A stretch of 63,876 nucleotides of DNA, filler included, from Dehalococcoidia bacterium (lineage in GTDB: Bacteria > Chloroflexota > Dehalococcoidia > DSTF01 > RBG-16-68-14), in the NCBI GenBank assembly GCA_040882355.1. It is 3 parts of 3 records of this genome, joined end to end, with 100 filler letters (N's around TTAATTAATTAA, not from the genome) between each part and the next. Parts side by side here need not be neighbours in the genome. Positions count along the whole stretch, not along the records: positions 25,720 to 49,832 come from JBBEBM010000041.1; positions 49,933 to 63,876 come from JBBEBM010000061.1; 1 more part is not named here. One strand, written 5' to 3'. Positions 48,793 to 59,249 of this stretch are shown in pieces. Made by a program: the position numbers and the translations under genes. Numbering within the stretch: the first letter of the stretch is position 1; each line of letters opens with the position of its first letter. A model generated the notes under the pieces. That model saw only the letters and a list, made by a program, of their open reading frames with translations. It ran no database searches and was not told the DNA's origin.

Positions 48793-49832
48793 ATGGAGCC
48801 CCAGATTCAGTACGCCACGACCTCAGACGGCGTGAACGTCGCCTTCTGGGCCGATGGTGAGGGGCCACCCCTTGTCATCACCCCCAGCATCCCGTTCGGT
48901 ATCGGACACCTGCTCTGGCAACTCCCCGAAGCGCGTCCGTGGCTCGAACGTCCCAAGAGGTACATGTCCGTCTCCTACGACGCGCGGGGGACCGGCCATT
49001 CGGCACGCGCTGACGACCTCTCGCTGGAAGGACATGTGAAAGACCTGGAGGCGGTCGTCGACAACCTCGGGCTCGAGCGGTTTGCGCTCCTGGCCACCCT
49101 CTTCATGGGGCCCGTCGCCATCGAGTACACGGCGCGTCATCCGGAGCACGTGAGCAAACTTATCCTCTGGCATAGCTTCGCCAGCGGCCGCGAGGTTGTG
49201 GAGACGCAGCGATACCAGGCGCTCGCCTCGCTGCGCGCAATGGCCTCCCAGGAGTGGGAGCTCTACACGAACACCATCGCCGCGCAGGGCACCGCTTCGG
49301 CCGACTCAGGACTCAGTCAGCGCCTGGGCGAGCTCTTTCGCAAGAGCGTCCAGCCGGCTGACGCTGTGGCGCTCATGGACGCTGTACGCACATTCGACGC
49401 GACCGCGCGATTGAGCGCCGTATCGTGCCCGACGCTGGTCCTCTACCGGCGCGCCGTGCCGGTGTCGTTCTATCCGCCCGAGGCGGCGCGAACGCTGGTT
49501 TCAGGCATACCGAACGCCCGCCTGCTCGTGCTTGAAGGGGACTCGATCCACCCGTTTGTAGGCGATTGGGGAGCCATGGCGCGAGCCGTCGACGACTTCG
49601 CGATGGGCGAGGAGGCCCCGCGAGGTGTCGCGGCGCGGCCCGCAGCCGCACCGGACGTCGTCACCGTGCTGTTCACGGACCTCGCGTCCTCGACGGCGCT
49701 GACGCAGCAGCTCGGCGACGCGCAGGCACAGGAGCTGCTTCGAGCGCACAACGTTATCGTTCGCGAGGCGCTCGCCTCGCATGGTGGCAGCGAGATCAAG
49801 CACACCGGCGACGGCATCATGGCGTCGTTCAC
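48793..49832 (+). CDS. Alpha/beta-hydrolase-fold + class III cyclase (copy 5, truncated by contig end)
   Basis: MEPQIQYATTSDG, YDARGTGHS, LFTDLASST..EIKHTGDGIMASF; sequence ends inside the repeated cyclase domain. Confidence 0.92.
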
Positions 49833-49932
49833 NNNNNNNNNNNNNNNNNNNNNNNNNNNNNNNNNNNNNNNNNNNNTTAATTAATTAANNNNNNNNNNNN
49901 NNNNNNNNNNNNNNNNNNNNNNNNNNNNNNNN
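49833..49932. other. Artificial contig linker
   Basis: N-run with central TTAATTAATTAA. Confidence 0.98.
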
Positions 49933-50075
49933 CTGATCGTCGTGCTCTCGCTCTTCCTACCCTAGCCTCAGCCCACTTCTCTATCGCGACAGGGCAGCCG
50001 TATTCGAGGAACCCGTAGCTGCAGACTTTCAGGTCTGCCGACTGGTCGCGCGGCGGCGACGAACGAAGCTTCGCC

Positions 50076-50582
50076 CTATCGCAGCCGTCCGGCGGCGATG
50101 AATGCGCCCATGCCCACCACGATGTAACCGAAGAGATCGTCCGTCGCGATGTCGATGATCCCGACGCCTCCCAGCCGCGTGGCGAGCACGGAGCAGCGCA
50201 CCAGGTATGCGAGGACCACGCCGGCGACCGCTATCGCCTGCAGCGGCGGCCCGACCTTGCGATTGGTCGCGAGGCTCACTGCTTCACCGACGGCGTAGCC
50301 CAGTCCGAGCCCCGCGAAGAAGCCGAAATAGAAGATGCCCGGGTCCCACGAGAGCAGGAAGCCCCACAGTACGCCCACCCCCACCCCAACGACGAGCGCG
50401 GCGGCGGCGCCGCGCAGCAGGAACGCCGCCGAGATGTGGTACTGCGGCAAGCGGCGCACGTTCGCGCACGTCCGGCATCGGGTGCCGACCGGGGTGTAGA
50501 CGAGACAACGAGGACAGATCGGCTTGCCGCACTTGCCACACGCCAGCTCGGTCTCCACCGAAGGATGCGTCGCGCACTGCAT
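50076..50582 (-). CDS. Zinc-finger (B-box-like) membrane protein
   Basis: C..HP..ET...C..C...IC..C......G.RC..C then four TM helices. Confidence 0.8.
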   Translation of the reverse strand: MQCATHPSVETELACGKCGKPICPRCLVYTPVGTRCRTCANVRRLPQYHISAAFLLRGAAAALVVGVGVGVLWGFLLSWDPGIFYFGFFAGLGLGYAVGEAVSLATNRKVGPPLQAIAVAGVVLAYLVRCSVLATRLGGVGIIDIATDDLFGYIVVGMGAFIAAGRLR

Positions 50583-50755
50583 CGCCTAGAGCCTACCACC
50601 GTTGCTCGTTCTGAGCGAAGCATCCCTTATGTCATTCTGAGCGAAGCGAAGAATCTCGCGGCCTCGCCAGAGCCCCGGCCCTTCATGTGGTCGCGTTGCC
50701 CCGGAGTCATCGCCAGCGCGGCTCACAGCCGTGCTGGACCGGAGATATGGAAGGG

Positions 50756-51625
50756 TTAGCGCGCCCGGCCTGCCGCGCGTTCGCGCCCTAGCGCGAGCAG
50801 CGCCTCGACCGACTCATCCGGCAGCGGCGAGAGCATCTGGCCCGGCAGCGGCTCGCCCGCGCCGAAGATGCCGTGGTAGTCGCTGCCGCCGAGCGCTAGC
50901 AGATCGAAGCGTTCGGCGAAGGCGCGCAGCGCCCCGACCGTCTCCGGCGGGTACGCCTTGTAGTAGACCTCCATCGCCACCAGACCCGCGTCCTTCAGGT
51001 CCGACAGGATGGCTTCCAGCGCGGCGTCGTCCGGCGTCACGTCGCGCGGGTGCGCGATGCACGGCACGCCGCCGAGGTGAAGGATCGACTTGACCGCGTC
51101 CGCGGGCGTCAGCTTCTCGCGTTCGACGTAGGCCGGGCCGTTGCGCCCGATGTACTTGTCGAACGCCTCCTTGATCGTCGAGACGTGGCCACTTTCGAGC
51201 AGCGCCTGCGCGACGTGCGGCCGGCCCACCGAGGCCTCGCCGGCGATGCGCTGCACCTGCTCCCACGTCACGTCTAGGCCCATCTCGCGCAGCTTCACGA
51301 CGATGCCCTCGCCACGCCCCTTGCGCGACTCGCGCAGCAGCGCGAGCGTGGCCTGCAACTCCGCGTTGTCGGGCTCCAGGTAGTAGCCGAGCACGTGGAC
51401 CTCGGCGCTCGGGATGTCGGTGCCCATCTCGACGCCCGGGATCAGCGTGAAGTCGGGGTACGCCTCCCCCGCCTTGCGCGCCTCCGCGACACCTTCGGTC
51501 GAATCGTGGTCGGTGAGGGCCAGCACCCGCACGCCCTGCTCGTAGGCGAGCTTGACGACCGCGGACGGCGAAAGGACGCCGTCTGAGGCGGTGCTGTGGC
51601 AGTGGAAGTCCCCTCTACTCGGCAT
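50756..51625 (-). CDS. PHP-domain phosphoesterase (YciV/TrpH-like)
   Basis: DFHCHSTASDG, LTDHD, GVE, HVLGY, GRPHVA, AHP, GGSDYHG. Confidence 0.92.
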   Translation of the reverse strand: MPSRGDFHCHSTASDGVLSPSAVVKLAYEQGVRVLALTDHDSTEGVAEARKAGEAYPDFTLIPGVEMGTDIPSAEVHVLGYYLEPDNAELQATLALLRESRKGRGEGIVVKLREMGLDVTWEQVQRIAGEASVGRPHVAQALLESGHVSTIKEAFDKYIGRNGPAYVEREKLTPADAVKSILHLGGVPCIAHPRDVTPDDAALEAILSDLKDAGLVAMEVYYKAYPPETVGALRAFAERFDLLALGGSDYHGIFGAGEPLPGQMLSPLPDESVEALLALGRERAAGRAR

Positions 51626-52397
51626 CGCGACAGTATACACGGTCGACGCGCTGGATGCTCTTCGCGCGCCGCGTCGACTCGTCGATCTCGACCAGAACCG
51701 CGTTGAACTGCAGCTCCAGGCTCTTGTCCGCGACGGGCATCCGCGTCGGCATGCCGGTGAGAAAGCGCCGGATTACCGCCTCGATCTCGTTGCCGATCAC
51801 CGACTCGCGCGGGCCCGTCATGCCGGCGTCCGTCACGTAGGCCGTGCCGCCGGGCAGCAGGCGCGCGTCCGCGGTGGCGACGTGCGTGTGCGTGCCGAAC
51901 ACGGCGGCGACGCGTCCGTCCAGATAGCGGCCCATCGCCACCTTCTCGCTCGTCGCCTCCGCGTGCATATCGACGACGACCAGGGCGTCCGACGGCAGCG
52001 CGGCGAGCGCGGCGTCGGCGCCGCGGAACGGGCAGTCGATGTCGGTCATGAAGGTACGCCCCTGCAGGTTCATCACGGAGACGCCCTTCTCCGTAACGAC
52101 GCCCCGGCCGGGCGCGCCCGGCGGGTAGTTGAGCGGACGGATGATCGCGACCTCCTGGTCGAGCACCGGCATGATCTCGCGCTGGTCCCAGACGTGGTTG
52201 CCCGACGTGATCACGTCGACGCCCACGTCGAACAGGTCCTGCGCCGTGCTCTCCGTCAGCCCGCGACCCGCCGCGAGGTTCTCGCCGTTCGCGATCACCA
52301 GGTCCAGCGACAGCTCCCGGCGTAGGCCCGGCACGAGGTGCGCCACCGCGCGGCGCCCCGGCTTGCCCATCACATCGCCGATCATCAGGAGGTTCAT
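51615..52397 (-). CDS. ymdB: YmdB-family (TIGR00282) metallophosphoesterase
   Basis: GDVMG.PGR, NGEN, TSGNH, RPLNYP, DMHAEATSEK, GTHTHV. Confidence 0.93.
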   Translation of the reverse strand: MNLLMIGDVMGKPGRRAVAHLVPGLRRELSLDLVIANGENLAAGRGLTESTAQDLFDVGVDVITSGNHVWDQREIMPVLDQEVAIIRPLNYPPGAPGRGVVTEKGVSVMNLQGRTFMTDIDCPFRGADAALAALPSDALVVVDMHAEATSEKVAMGRYLDGRVAAVFGTHTHVATADARLLPGGTAYVTDAGMTGPRESVIGNEIEAVIRRFLTGMPTRMPVADKSLELQFNAVLVEIDESTRRAKSIQRVDRVYCRDAE

Positions 52398-52858
52398 GTG
52401 CCGTCCCCGGCAGTTGTCGCGGCTTCTCTGCGCTCGGCCCGTTCCTTGAGGGCCTGGTTCATCTCCTGGAAGCCACGCAACGTATCGCGATCCAGGCTGC
52501 GAGCGAAGAGGGGGACCAGCAGCCCGGTGAAGACCTCGCGCTGGATGAAGCGCACGCGGTCGCCATCGAGCGGCTCAATCGTGAAGATGTGCTCGCCGTC
52601 GAAGACACCGGGCAGGCCCAAGTGGCCGAGCCAGCGGAGCTCGCGCTGCGGCTCCGCTGTCAGGACAGTGGGTCGAAACGTCATCCCGCGGCCGCCCGAC
52701 GGCTGGAGAAACACCCTGAGTCGAGCACCCTCTTCGAGCTGACCTTCCGCCTCGCGAATGAACGGGTTCCACTCCGGGAACGAGCCGAAGTCGGCCAAGA
52801 GCACCCAAACCCGCTCGGGTGGCGCGCTGATCTCGATCTCGCTACGGAGTTCCTTCAT
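52394..52858 (-). CDS. SRPBCC/START-like protein
   Basis: IEISAPPERVW..LADF..FPEWNPF, ELRW.G, FDGEH.F, Q.E.F.G, MNQALK. Confidence 0.9.
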   Translation of the reverse strand: MKELRSEIEISAPPERVWVLLADFGSFPEWNPFIREAEGQLEEGARLRVFLQPSGGRGMTFRPTVLTAEPQRELRWLGHLGLPGVFDGEHIFTIEPLDGDRVRFIQREVFTGLLVPLFARSLDRDTLRGFQEMNQALKERAERREAATTAGDGT

Positions 52859-52911
52859 CGCCGTCTAGGCCCGGGCGATTCTCGAATCGCCCCCTACTCC
52901 CTGCCGCCCTG

Positions 52912-54444
52912 CTACCGCGCGTACTCCGTGGCGCGCGTCTCGCGGACGACGGTCACCTTGATCTGGCCCGGGTACTCCAGCGTCTCCTCGATCTTCTTGC
53001 TCAGGTCGCGGGCCAGCCGCATCGCCTCGACGTCGTCGATCTGGTCCGGCTTCACGATGACGCGCACCTCGCGGCCCGCCTGGATCGCGAACGACTTGTC
53101 GACGCCCTGGAAGCCGTTCGCGACCTCCTCCAGCGCCTGCAACCGCTTGATGTAGTGCTCCAGCGTCTCCATCCGCGCGCCGGGCCGGCTGCCGGAGATC
53201 GCGTCCGCGATCTGGACGAGGATCGCCTCGACGGTCGTCGGCTCCACCTCGTCGTGGTGCGACTCGATGCAATGGACGACGCTCGGGCTGACGTTGAAGC
53301 TGCGCGCCAGCTCCGCGCCCAGGAGCGCGTGGGTGCCCTCCACGTCGTGGTCGATCGCCTTGCCCAGGTCGTGCAGAAGCGCGCCCCGGCGGACGACGTT
53401 CACGTCGGCACCTACCTCGTGGGCGAGCATCGCGCCGATGTGGGCGCTCTCGACGGCGTGTCGAAGCTGGTTCTGGCCGTAAGACGTGCGGAACTTAAGC
53501 CGGCCGAAGACCTTGAGGATCTCCGGGTGGAGACCGGGGCACTTCGCCTCGATCGACGCCTCCTCGGCCGCCTCGGCGACGGTCTTCTCGACCTCCTGGC
53601 GCGCCTTCTCCACCATCTCCTCGACGCGCGTCGGGTGGATGCGCCCATCGAGCACCAGCTTCGTCAGCGCGACGCGAGCGATCTCGCGGCGGACCGGGTC
53701 GAAGCTGGCGAGCGTGACGGCGTCCGGCGTGTCGTCGATGATCAGGTCGACGCCGGTGGCGGCTTCGAGGGCGCGGATGTTCCGTCCCTCGCGGCCGATG
53801 ATCCGCCCCTTCATCTCGTCGCTCGGGATCGGCACGACCGAGACCGTGCTCTCGCCGACAACGTCCGTGGCGAGCCGCTGCATAGCGGTCGAAAGGATCT
53901 CGCGCGAACGCTCCTCCGCCTTCTCCTTCACCTCCGCCTCGATGAGGCGAAGGCGGCGGGCACCGTCCTCGCGGGCCTCTTTGTCGACCTCTTGCAGGAG
54001 CAACTCGCGCGCCTCAGCGGCGGTGAGCTGCGCGACGCGCTCGATCTCCTGAACCTGGCGCTTGTGCAGCTCGTCGACCTCCGCCTTTCGCTCGTCGATC
54101 TGCTCGCGCTGTTTGCTTAGGTCTTGTTCTCGACGCTCTTGCGCTTCAAGCTTGCGGTCGAGGTTCTCCTCTTTGGAAGCGACACGCTGTTCGAGCTTCC
54201 GGACTTCGCCCTGACGCTCTTTCAGCTCGGTATCTACCTGGCCCCGTAGCCGTATCGCCTCCTCTTTCGCCTCAACTAGCGTTTCCCTTTGCTTCGCTTC
54301 CGCTTCCGTCAGAATGCGAGCGGCGCTCTGTTCCGCCTCCGCAACCTGGTCGCGGCCTGCTCGAACCTTCAGGGTGTATCCGAGAAGAGCCCCTACCGCC
54401 AGCGCCAGTACGCCGACAACGACGGCGATGATGGCCGCTGGCAT
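52912..54444 (-). CDS. rny: Ribonuclease Y
   Basis: N-terminal TM, coiled coil, KH (KGRIIGREGRNIR), HD (LLHDLGK), ends IKVTVVRETRATEYAR. Confidence 0.97.
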   Translation of the reverse strand: MPAAIIAVVVGVLALAVGALLGYTLKVRAGRDQVAEAEQSAARILTEAEAKQRETLVEAKEEAIRLRGQVDTELKERQGEVRKLEQRVASKEENLDRKLEAQERREQDLSKQREQIDERKAEVDELHKRQVQEIERVAQLTAAEARELLLQEVDKEAREDGARRLRLIEAEVKEKAEERSREILSTAMQRLATDVVGESTVSVVPIPSDEMKGRIIGREGRNIRALEAATGVDLIIDDTPDAVTLASFDPVRREIARVALTKLVLDGRIHPTRVEEMVEKARQEVEKTVAEAAEEASIEAKCPGLHPEILKVFGRLKFRTSYGQNQLRHAVESAHIGAMLAHEVGADVNVVRRGALLHDLGKAIDHDVEGTHALLGAELARSFNVSPSVVHCIESHHDEVEPTTVEAILVQIADAISGSRPGARMETLEHYIKRLQALEEVANGFQGVDKSFAIQAGREVRVIVKPDQIDDVEAMRLARDLSKKIEETLEYPGQIKVTVVRETRATEYAR

Positions 54445-54621
54445 TGGTAACACCTGCCTTTCTCTGTGTTGTACTCCTTTTGAACTTCCCTTCCAGGATG
54501 GTGTTCTGGCCTCATGATACGCTCGGCCCGTTTGGGGTGTCAAGAATCGGAGGATCGTGGGTTAGGGGTCAAGCGTCAAGACCCCCGCCGCCCTCTTGCG
54601 GGCCGCTTCAAAGGTCAGGCT

Positions 54622-55260
54622 TCAGCCTGACGCGGCCTCCTCGTCGGAGACCTCCGCCCAGCACCGTTCGATCGTCCGGCGCGCGACGTCGTAGCCGAAG
54701 CCGCGCCTGGTGAGGAAGGCGCCCAGCCGCTCACGAAAGCGCTGGTACTCGAGGCCCTGAAACGACCGCAGTCGACGGCTCGCGGCGTCGTAAGCGGCCT
54801 CCTCGTCCGAGATCTCCGCCGTCGCCTCCTGCGCCGTCTCCGGCGCGATCCCCTTCCGCCGCAGCTCGCTCACGACGAACCGTTGCGAGCTGGGCCGGCC
54901 CGCCTGCCGCGTCTCGGTCCAGAAGCGCGCGAAGGCGGCGTCGTCCAGATAGCCGAGCTCTTGCAGCCGACCCGCCGCCGCATCGACCGCTGGTTGGGCG
55001 AAGCCTCGCCGGCGGAGCCGGTCGCGCAGCTCGCGTTCGCTGCGCGGGCCCCTCGCCACCAGCCGCAGCGCGGCCTGGAGGGCGCCCCGCCTCGCCTCCT
55101 CCTCGGCCAGGGCCGTTATGTCATCTTTGGTGAGCGACCGGCCTGCGCGCACGTCGCGCTCCGCTGCTAGTTCGAGGCTGAGCGCGACCGCGAACTGGCC
55201 ATCGACGAAGACGTTCACACGGCGCCGTCGCGTCGGCCGCTCGACCGCCGTAACGATCAT
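54622..55260 (-). CDS. recX: Regulatory protein RecX
   Basis: RSERELRDRL, GYLDD..FA..W, ELRRKG, FL.RRGF; directly upstream of rny. Confidence 0.9.
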   Translation of the reverse strand: MIVTAVERPTRRRRVNVFVDGQFAVALSLELAAERDVRAGRSLTKDDITALAEEEARRGALQAALRLVARGPRSERELRDRLRRRGFAQPAVDAAAGRLQELGYLDDAAFARFWTETRQAGRPSSQRFVVSELRRKGIAPETAQEATAEISDEEAAYDAASRRLRSFQGLEYQRFRERLGAFLTRRGFGYDVARRTIERCWAEVSDEEAASG

Positions 55261-56285
55261 GTCGGTTCGGGCTGCGGGCGCGGTTCGGCCTCGGGATGCT
55301 GGGCGAGGTAGAAGATCTCGCCGGGGCTCAGCCGGGTCAGCCACATCGCAATCAAGCCCGTGATCGTGATCCAGATGATCAGGCAGAGATGGGTCCCGAT
55401 CGCATAGCCTGCCGCCAGCGCCGACGGCGTTCCCATCGCGACCAATAGCTGCTGCGTCGCCACTTCATACGGCCCGATGCCGGAAGGCGTGAGCGGGATC
55501 GAGACGGCGAAGTTCGCCGTCATCATGACGAGCAGGTAGTCGGCGGCGTGCAGGTCCAGCCCGAACGCCTGGCCGAAGAAGCCGTAGGCGCACGCCTCCA
55601 GAAGCCAACCGATCAGGGAGAGCACGATCGCCGGCACGGCCACGTTGGAGTCTCGCAGCGCGCGCATGCCGTCGAGGAACTGACCAAGCAGCGACTTGGC
55701 CGATTGGCGGGCTTCCACCGAGAGCCAGCGGATGGGGTAGAGACGCTCCAGGCGCTCAGGACTGACCATCCGGGCGACGAACACGCCCAGCGCAAGGCCG
55801 ATGAGCGCCAGCCCGGCCATCCCCCAGAAGGCACCCCGCAAGACGTCAGGTATCTGACCGAAGGAGAACGCGATCGCGATCAGGATGACGAACGTCAGGC
55901 CGTCGAGCAGCGTCTCGACGACGATCACCGTCGCGGTCAGCTCGGAGCGCGGGATGTTATAGCGCTGCGAGGTCGTCTGGATACGCAGGATGTCGCCGGC
56001 CCGCAGCAGGAGCACGGCGTTCGCCATGTTGTGCACCAGGAAGATGCCCAGGAGGCCCGTGTAGGGAACGTCGCGGTGCTTGCCAAGGAAGACCTTCCAG
56101 CGGAGCGCGTGGACGGCCTTCGACATGGTGAAGAGGGCCAGCGCCGGCAGTACCCAGATCCAGTCCGCTTCGAGCAGGGTGGGCAGGACCTCACGCTCCG
56201 GTACGCGCCAGAAGAGGAGAGCTATGAAGCCTCCTGTCAGCGCGAGCTGGAACCAGACGCGTGCTCTGCGCAGTGAACCCTGCAT
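55257..56285 (-). CDS. Lysylphosphatidylglycerol-synthase TM domain / UPF0104 flippase-like protein
   Basis: ALRW, N.VL..RAGD..R, E.LLD, IP.TPSGIG.YE. Confidence 0.85.
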   Translation of the reverse strand: MQGSLRRARVWFQLALTGGFIALLFWRVPEREVLPTLLEADWIWVLPALALFTMSKAVHALRWKVFLGKHRDVPYTGLLGIFLVHNMANAVLLLRAGDILRIQTTSQRYNIPRSELTATVIVVETLLDGLTFVILIAIAFSFGQIPDVLRGAFWGMAGLALIGLALGVFVARMVSPERLERLYPIRWLSVEARQSAKSLLGQFLDGMRALRDSNVAVPAIVLSLIGWLLEACAYGFFGQAFGLDLHAADYLLVMMTANFAVSIPLTPSGIGPYEVATQQLLVAMGTPSALAAGYAIGTHLCLIIWITITGLIAMWLTRLSPGEIFYLAQHPEAEPRPQPEPT

Positions 56286-56375
56286 GCCTACACCCCGGCG
56301 GACTCCCTCCCGGCTCGGCTCACCGCGCCAGGATAGTCACATGTCCGCCGACCGGACAAGCGACGCCGGACGCCC

Positions 56376-57269
56376 CTAGGATACCTCGTGCGCGGCCAGC
56401 GCCGCCCGCACCGCCGCCACCGCGACCTCCATCTGCGACTCGTCGGGATCGCGCGTCGTCAGCGACTGGAGGGCGAGGTTCGGCCGGAAGAGCAGCCGCC
56501 AGATACCGTTCGAAGACGAGGCGTTCGCCAGCCGAAGCGCCTCGTAGCTGAGCCCGGCGATGAGCGGCGTCAGCGCCAGCCGCGACAGGAGCCGCTTGCC
56601 AAGTGTCTGCGGGCCGAGGGCCGCGTAGATCGCTGACGACACGAGCGTCGTCGTCAGGAGGAAGCTGGTGCCGCAGCGCACGTGCGCATTCGGGAAGTGG
56701 TGCAACGTCTCAACCTCGAGCGGCTCGCCGGCTTCGTAGGCCTGGATCGCGCGGTGCTCCGCCCCGTGGTAGGCGAAGAGCCGCTGCGCCTGCGGCAGCC
56801 GGCCGACGGTACGCAGGTAGCCGACCAGCGTGCCCACGCGCATCGCGCCCTCCATGAACGGTGCGAACTTCGACGTCCCCATCTTGCGCTCCAGGCGCCG
56901 CGACGCGATCGCCGGGCCCAGCATGAACAGCGTCGACGCGATGATCGCGGAGAGCGTCATCGTCGTCCGCAGCTCGCCCTTGCTCGGCTCCTCGGGCTCT
57001 TTGCCCGCGGCCACCTGCGCCGACCAGATCGTCGCGCGCATGCCTTGCGTCAGCGTGTCGCCCAGCGCGGCCACGCCGCGCACGATCGGCACGTCTCGAA
57101 AGCGCGACCCGCCGTCCGCATTGGGCTCCGTCTTGCAGGCCAGCTCGCCGTCCGGCTTGCGCACGCAGACCGCCATCGCCTGGGGCCCGCGGATCATCAC
57201 GCCCTCGATCACCGCCTGCCCACCCAACGTGGGTGGGAGAGCGGGGGCGTCGGGCGTCTCTGAGGACAT
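56376..57269 (-). CDS. DUF1385 membrane protein
   Basis: GGQAVIEGVMIRG, YHGAEH, H.RCGTSF, LQ.LTTR.PD. Confidence 0.92.
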   Translation of the reverse strand: MSSETPDAPALPPTLGGQAVIEGVMIRGPQAMAVCVRKPDGELACKTEPNADGGSRFRDVPIVRGVAALGDTLTQGMRATIWSAQVAAGKEPEEPSKGELRTTMTLSAIIASTLFMLGPAIASRRLERKMGTSKFAPFMEGAMRVGTLVGYLRTVGRLPQAQRLFAYHGAEHRAIQAYEAGEPLEVETLHHFPNAHVRCGTSFLLTTTLVSSAIYAALGPQTLGKRLLSRLALTPLIAGLSYEALRLANASSSNGIWRLLFRPNLALQSLTTRDPDESQMEVAVAAVRAALAAHEVS

Positions 57270-57283
57270 GAGGAAGCGGGGCG

Positions 57284-57487
57284 CTATTCCTTGATGTTGT
57301 AGCGGCGCTTGAACCGCTCGACCCGACCGGCGGTGTCAACGATACGCTGCTCGCCCGTGAAGAACGGGTGGCACGCGCTGCACACCTCGACGTGGAGGTC
57401 GGGCTTCGTCGCGTGCGTCATGAAGTCGTTGCCACAGGCGCAGTGCACCCGCGCCTCGACATACTCAGGGTGGATTCCGGTTTTCAT
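57284..57487 (-). CDS. rpmE: 50S ribosomal protein L31 (Zn-binding type)
   Basis: [34 protein letters not shown]. Confidence 0.98.
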   Translation of the reverse strand: MKTGIHPEYVEARVHCACGNDFMTHATKPDLHVEVCSACHPFFTGEQRIVDTAGRVERFKRRYNIKE

Positions 57488-57511
57488 TGGTGTCCTCGTG
57501 TTGCCTTTGTG

Positions 57512-57781
57512 CTAGCTCGCCGCGGCCGCGGCGTAGACGCTGACCTGCTTACGCCGTCCTTTCGCGTACGGCTCGAACTTCACCTGACCGTCGATGAGCG
57601 CGAAGATCGTGAAGTCGCGCCCCAGGCCGACGTTCTTGCCCGGGTGGAAGCGCGTGCCCCGCTGGCGCAGGATGATCGTGCCCGGCCGGACGACCTCGCC
57701 GTCGTAGCGCTTCACGCCCAGCCGCTTCGACTTGCTGTCTCGGTTGTTGCGGGTGCTACCGCCGCCCTTCTTGTGTGCCAT
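57512..57781 (-). CDS. rpmA: 50S ribosomal protein L27
   Basis: [27 protein letters not shown]. Confidence 0.98.
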   Translation of the reverse strand: MAHKKGGGSTRNNRDSKSKRLGVKRYDGEVVRPGTIILRQRGTRFHPGKNVGLGRDFTIFALIDGQVKFEPYAKGRRKQVSVYAAAAAS

Positions 57782-57787
57782 CGCTTC

Positions 57788-58456
57788 TTACTCCGTCGTT
57801 TCTTCGGGCTTCTTGCGAGGCGTTCGCCGGCGTACCGGCTTCGCCTCGGCATCAGCGGCCGGCGTTTCTTCGGCGCTCGCCTCGGGCTTTCTTCGCGTTC
57901 GGCGCTTCGGCGCCTCGGCCGGCCCCTCGGCGGTGGCGGGCGCTTCTTCCTCGACGGCCTTCTTCCGAGTGCGCCGCTTGGGCGCCTCCTCGATAACCTC
58001 GGGCGCGGCCTCCGCCCCTTCGACCTCGACAGCCTCCGCCGACGGCGTCTCAGCCTCGGCCACCGGCTCTTCGGCTGCCGCCTCCTCCGCCTTGCGACGG
58101 CGTCGCGGCGTCGGCTTCTCGACCTCCAGCTTCGACTTCTCGCCTGGGCGCAGGATCTCGCGCACGGCCAGCTTCGTGAAGGACTGGCGATGCCCCGTCT
58201 TCTTGCGGGTGCGCACCTTGGCCTTGTACTTGAAGACGATGATCTTCTTCGCCCGGCCGTGCGTCTCCACCTCGGCCATGACACGGGCGCCCTCGATGAA
58301 GGGCGTGCCCACGGTCACCTGGCCGTCGTCGGCGATCATTAGGACGTCGACCAACTCCACCGTCGCGCCTTCCTCAGCCGGAAGGCGTTCGACAGTGACG
58401 GCGCGCCCTGCTTCGACGCGGTACTGCTTACCGCCGGTGCGAACGATTGCGTACAT
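57788..58456 (-). CDS. rplU: 50S ribosomal protein L21 with long low-complexity C-terminal extension
   Basis: MYAIVRTGGKQY, KIIVFKYK.K...GHRQ; then ~115 aa Glu/Ala/Pro/Arg-rich tail. Confidence 0.97.
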   Translation of the reverse strand: MYAIVRTGGKQYRVEAGRAVTVERLPAEEGATVELVDVLMIADDGQVTVGTPFIEGARVMAEVETHGRAKKIIVFKYKAKVRTRKKTGHRQSFTKLAVREILRPGEKSKLEVEKPTPRRRRKAEEAAAEEPVAEAETPSAEAVEVEGAEAAPEVIEEAPKRRTRKKAVEEEAPATAEGPAEAPKRRTRRKPEASAEETPAADAEAKPVRRRTPRKKPEETTE

Positions 58457-58559
58457 GGCAGACAGTTCATCATATCGGCGAACCCGAATTCGGTCAAACG
58501 AGCCCTACGAAAGCCGGCCCCCTTGACCCTGTACCCGTGACCCCGGCAATACTAGCCTC

Positions 58560-59249
58560 GTGGACTTGCTCGACCTCCATCCCTGGGACGTCTCGCCGAA
58601 GGAAGCCGTCGCCATCCAGCGCGAGCTGGCCGGCCGCGTCGTGCGCAAGGGCCGCCTCAAGAACGTGCGACGAGTCGCCGGCGTCGACATCTCGGTCGAC
58701 AGGGCGCGCGGACTCGGAACGGGCGCCGTCGTCGTGCTCTCGTACCCGGAGCTGGAGCTGGTCGAAGTCGCGGTCGAGCAAGCGCCGCTCACGTTCCCCT
58801 ACGTGCCCGGCCTCCTCTCCTTCCGCGAGGTGCCCGTGCTGCGCGCCGCGTTCTTGCGCATCGCGGGCCCGATCGACCTGCTCCTCGTCGATGGCCAGGG
58901 CCTCGCCCATCCGAGACGCTTCGGCCTCGCGTGCCACCTCGGCCTGCTGCTCGACGTGCCCGCGATCGGCTGCGCCAAGTCGCGCCTGCTGGGCGAGCAC
59001 GCCCCCGTGGACGAAGCCGCCGGCAGCCGCGCCGACCTCGTCGACAAGGGCGAGCCGATCGGCAGCGTACTCCGAACCCGCGCTGGCGTAAAGCCGCTCT
59101 TCATCTCGCTCGGACACCGCATCGGCCTAACCGAAGCCGAAACCTGGGTGCTGCGCTGCTGCCGCGGCTACCGCCTCCCCGAACCGACGCGCCTCGCCCA
59201 CAACGCCGCCGCCGGCCGCCTACCTCCCACGACAACGCCGACTCGGTAG
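58560..59249 (+). CDS. nfi: Endonuclease V
   Basis: AGVDIS, FPYVPGLLSFRE, VDGQG.AHPRRFGLACH, IGCAKSRL, YRLPEPTR.AH. Confidence 0.97.
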   Translation: MDLLDLHPWDVSPKEAVAIQRELAGRVVRKGRLKNVRRVAGVDISVDRARGLGTGAVVVLSYPELELVEVAVEQAPLTFPYVPGLLSFREVPVLRAAFLRIAGPIDLLLVDGQGLAHPRRFGLACHLGLLLDVPAIGCAKSRLLGEHAPVDEAAGSRADLVDKGEPIGSVLRTRAGVKPLFISLGHRIGLTEAETWVLRCCRGYRLPEPTRLAHNAAAGRLPPTTTPTR

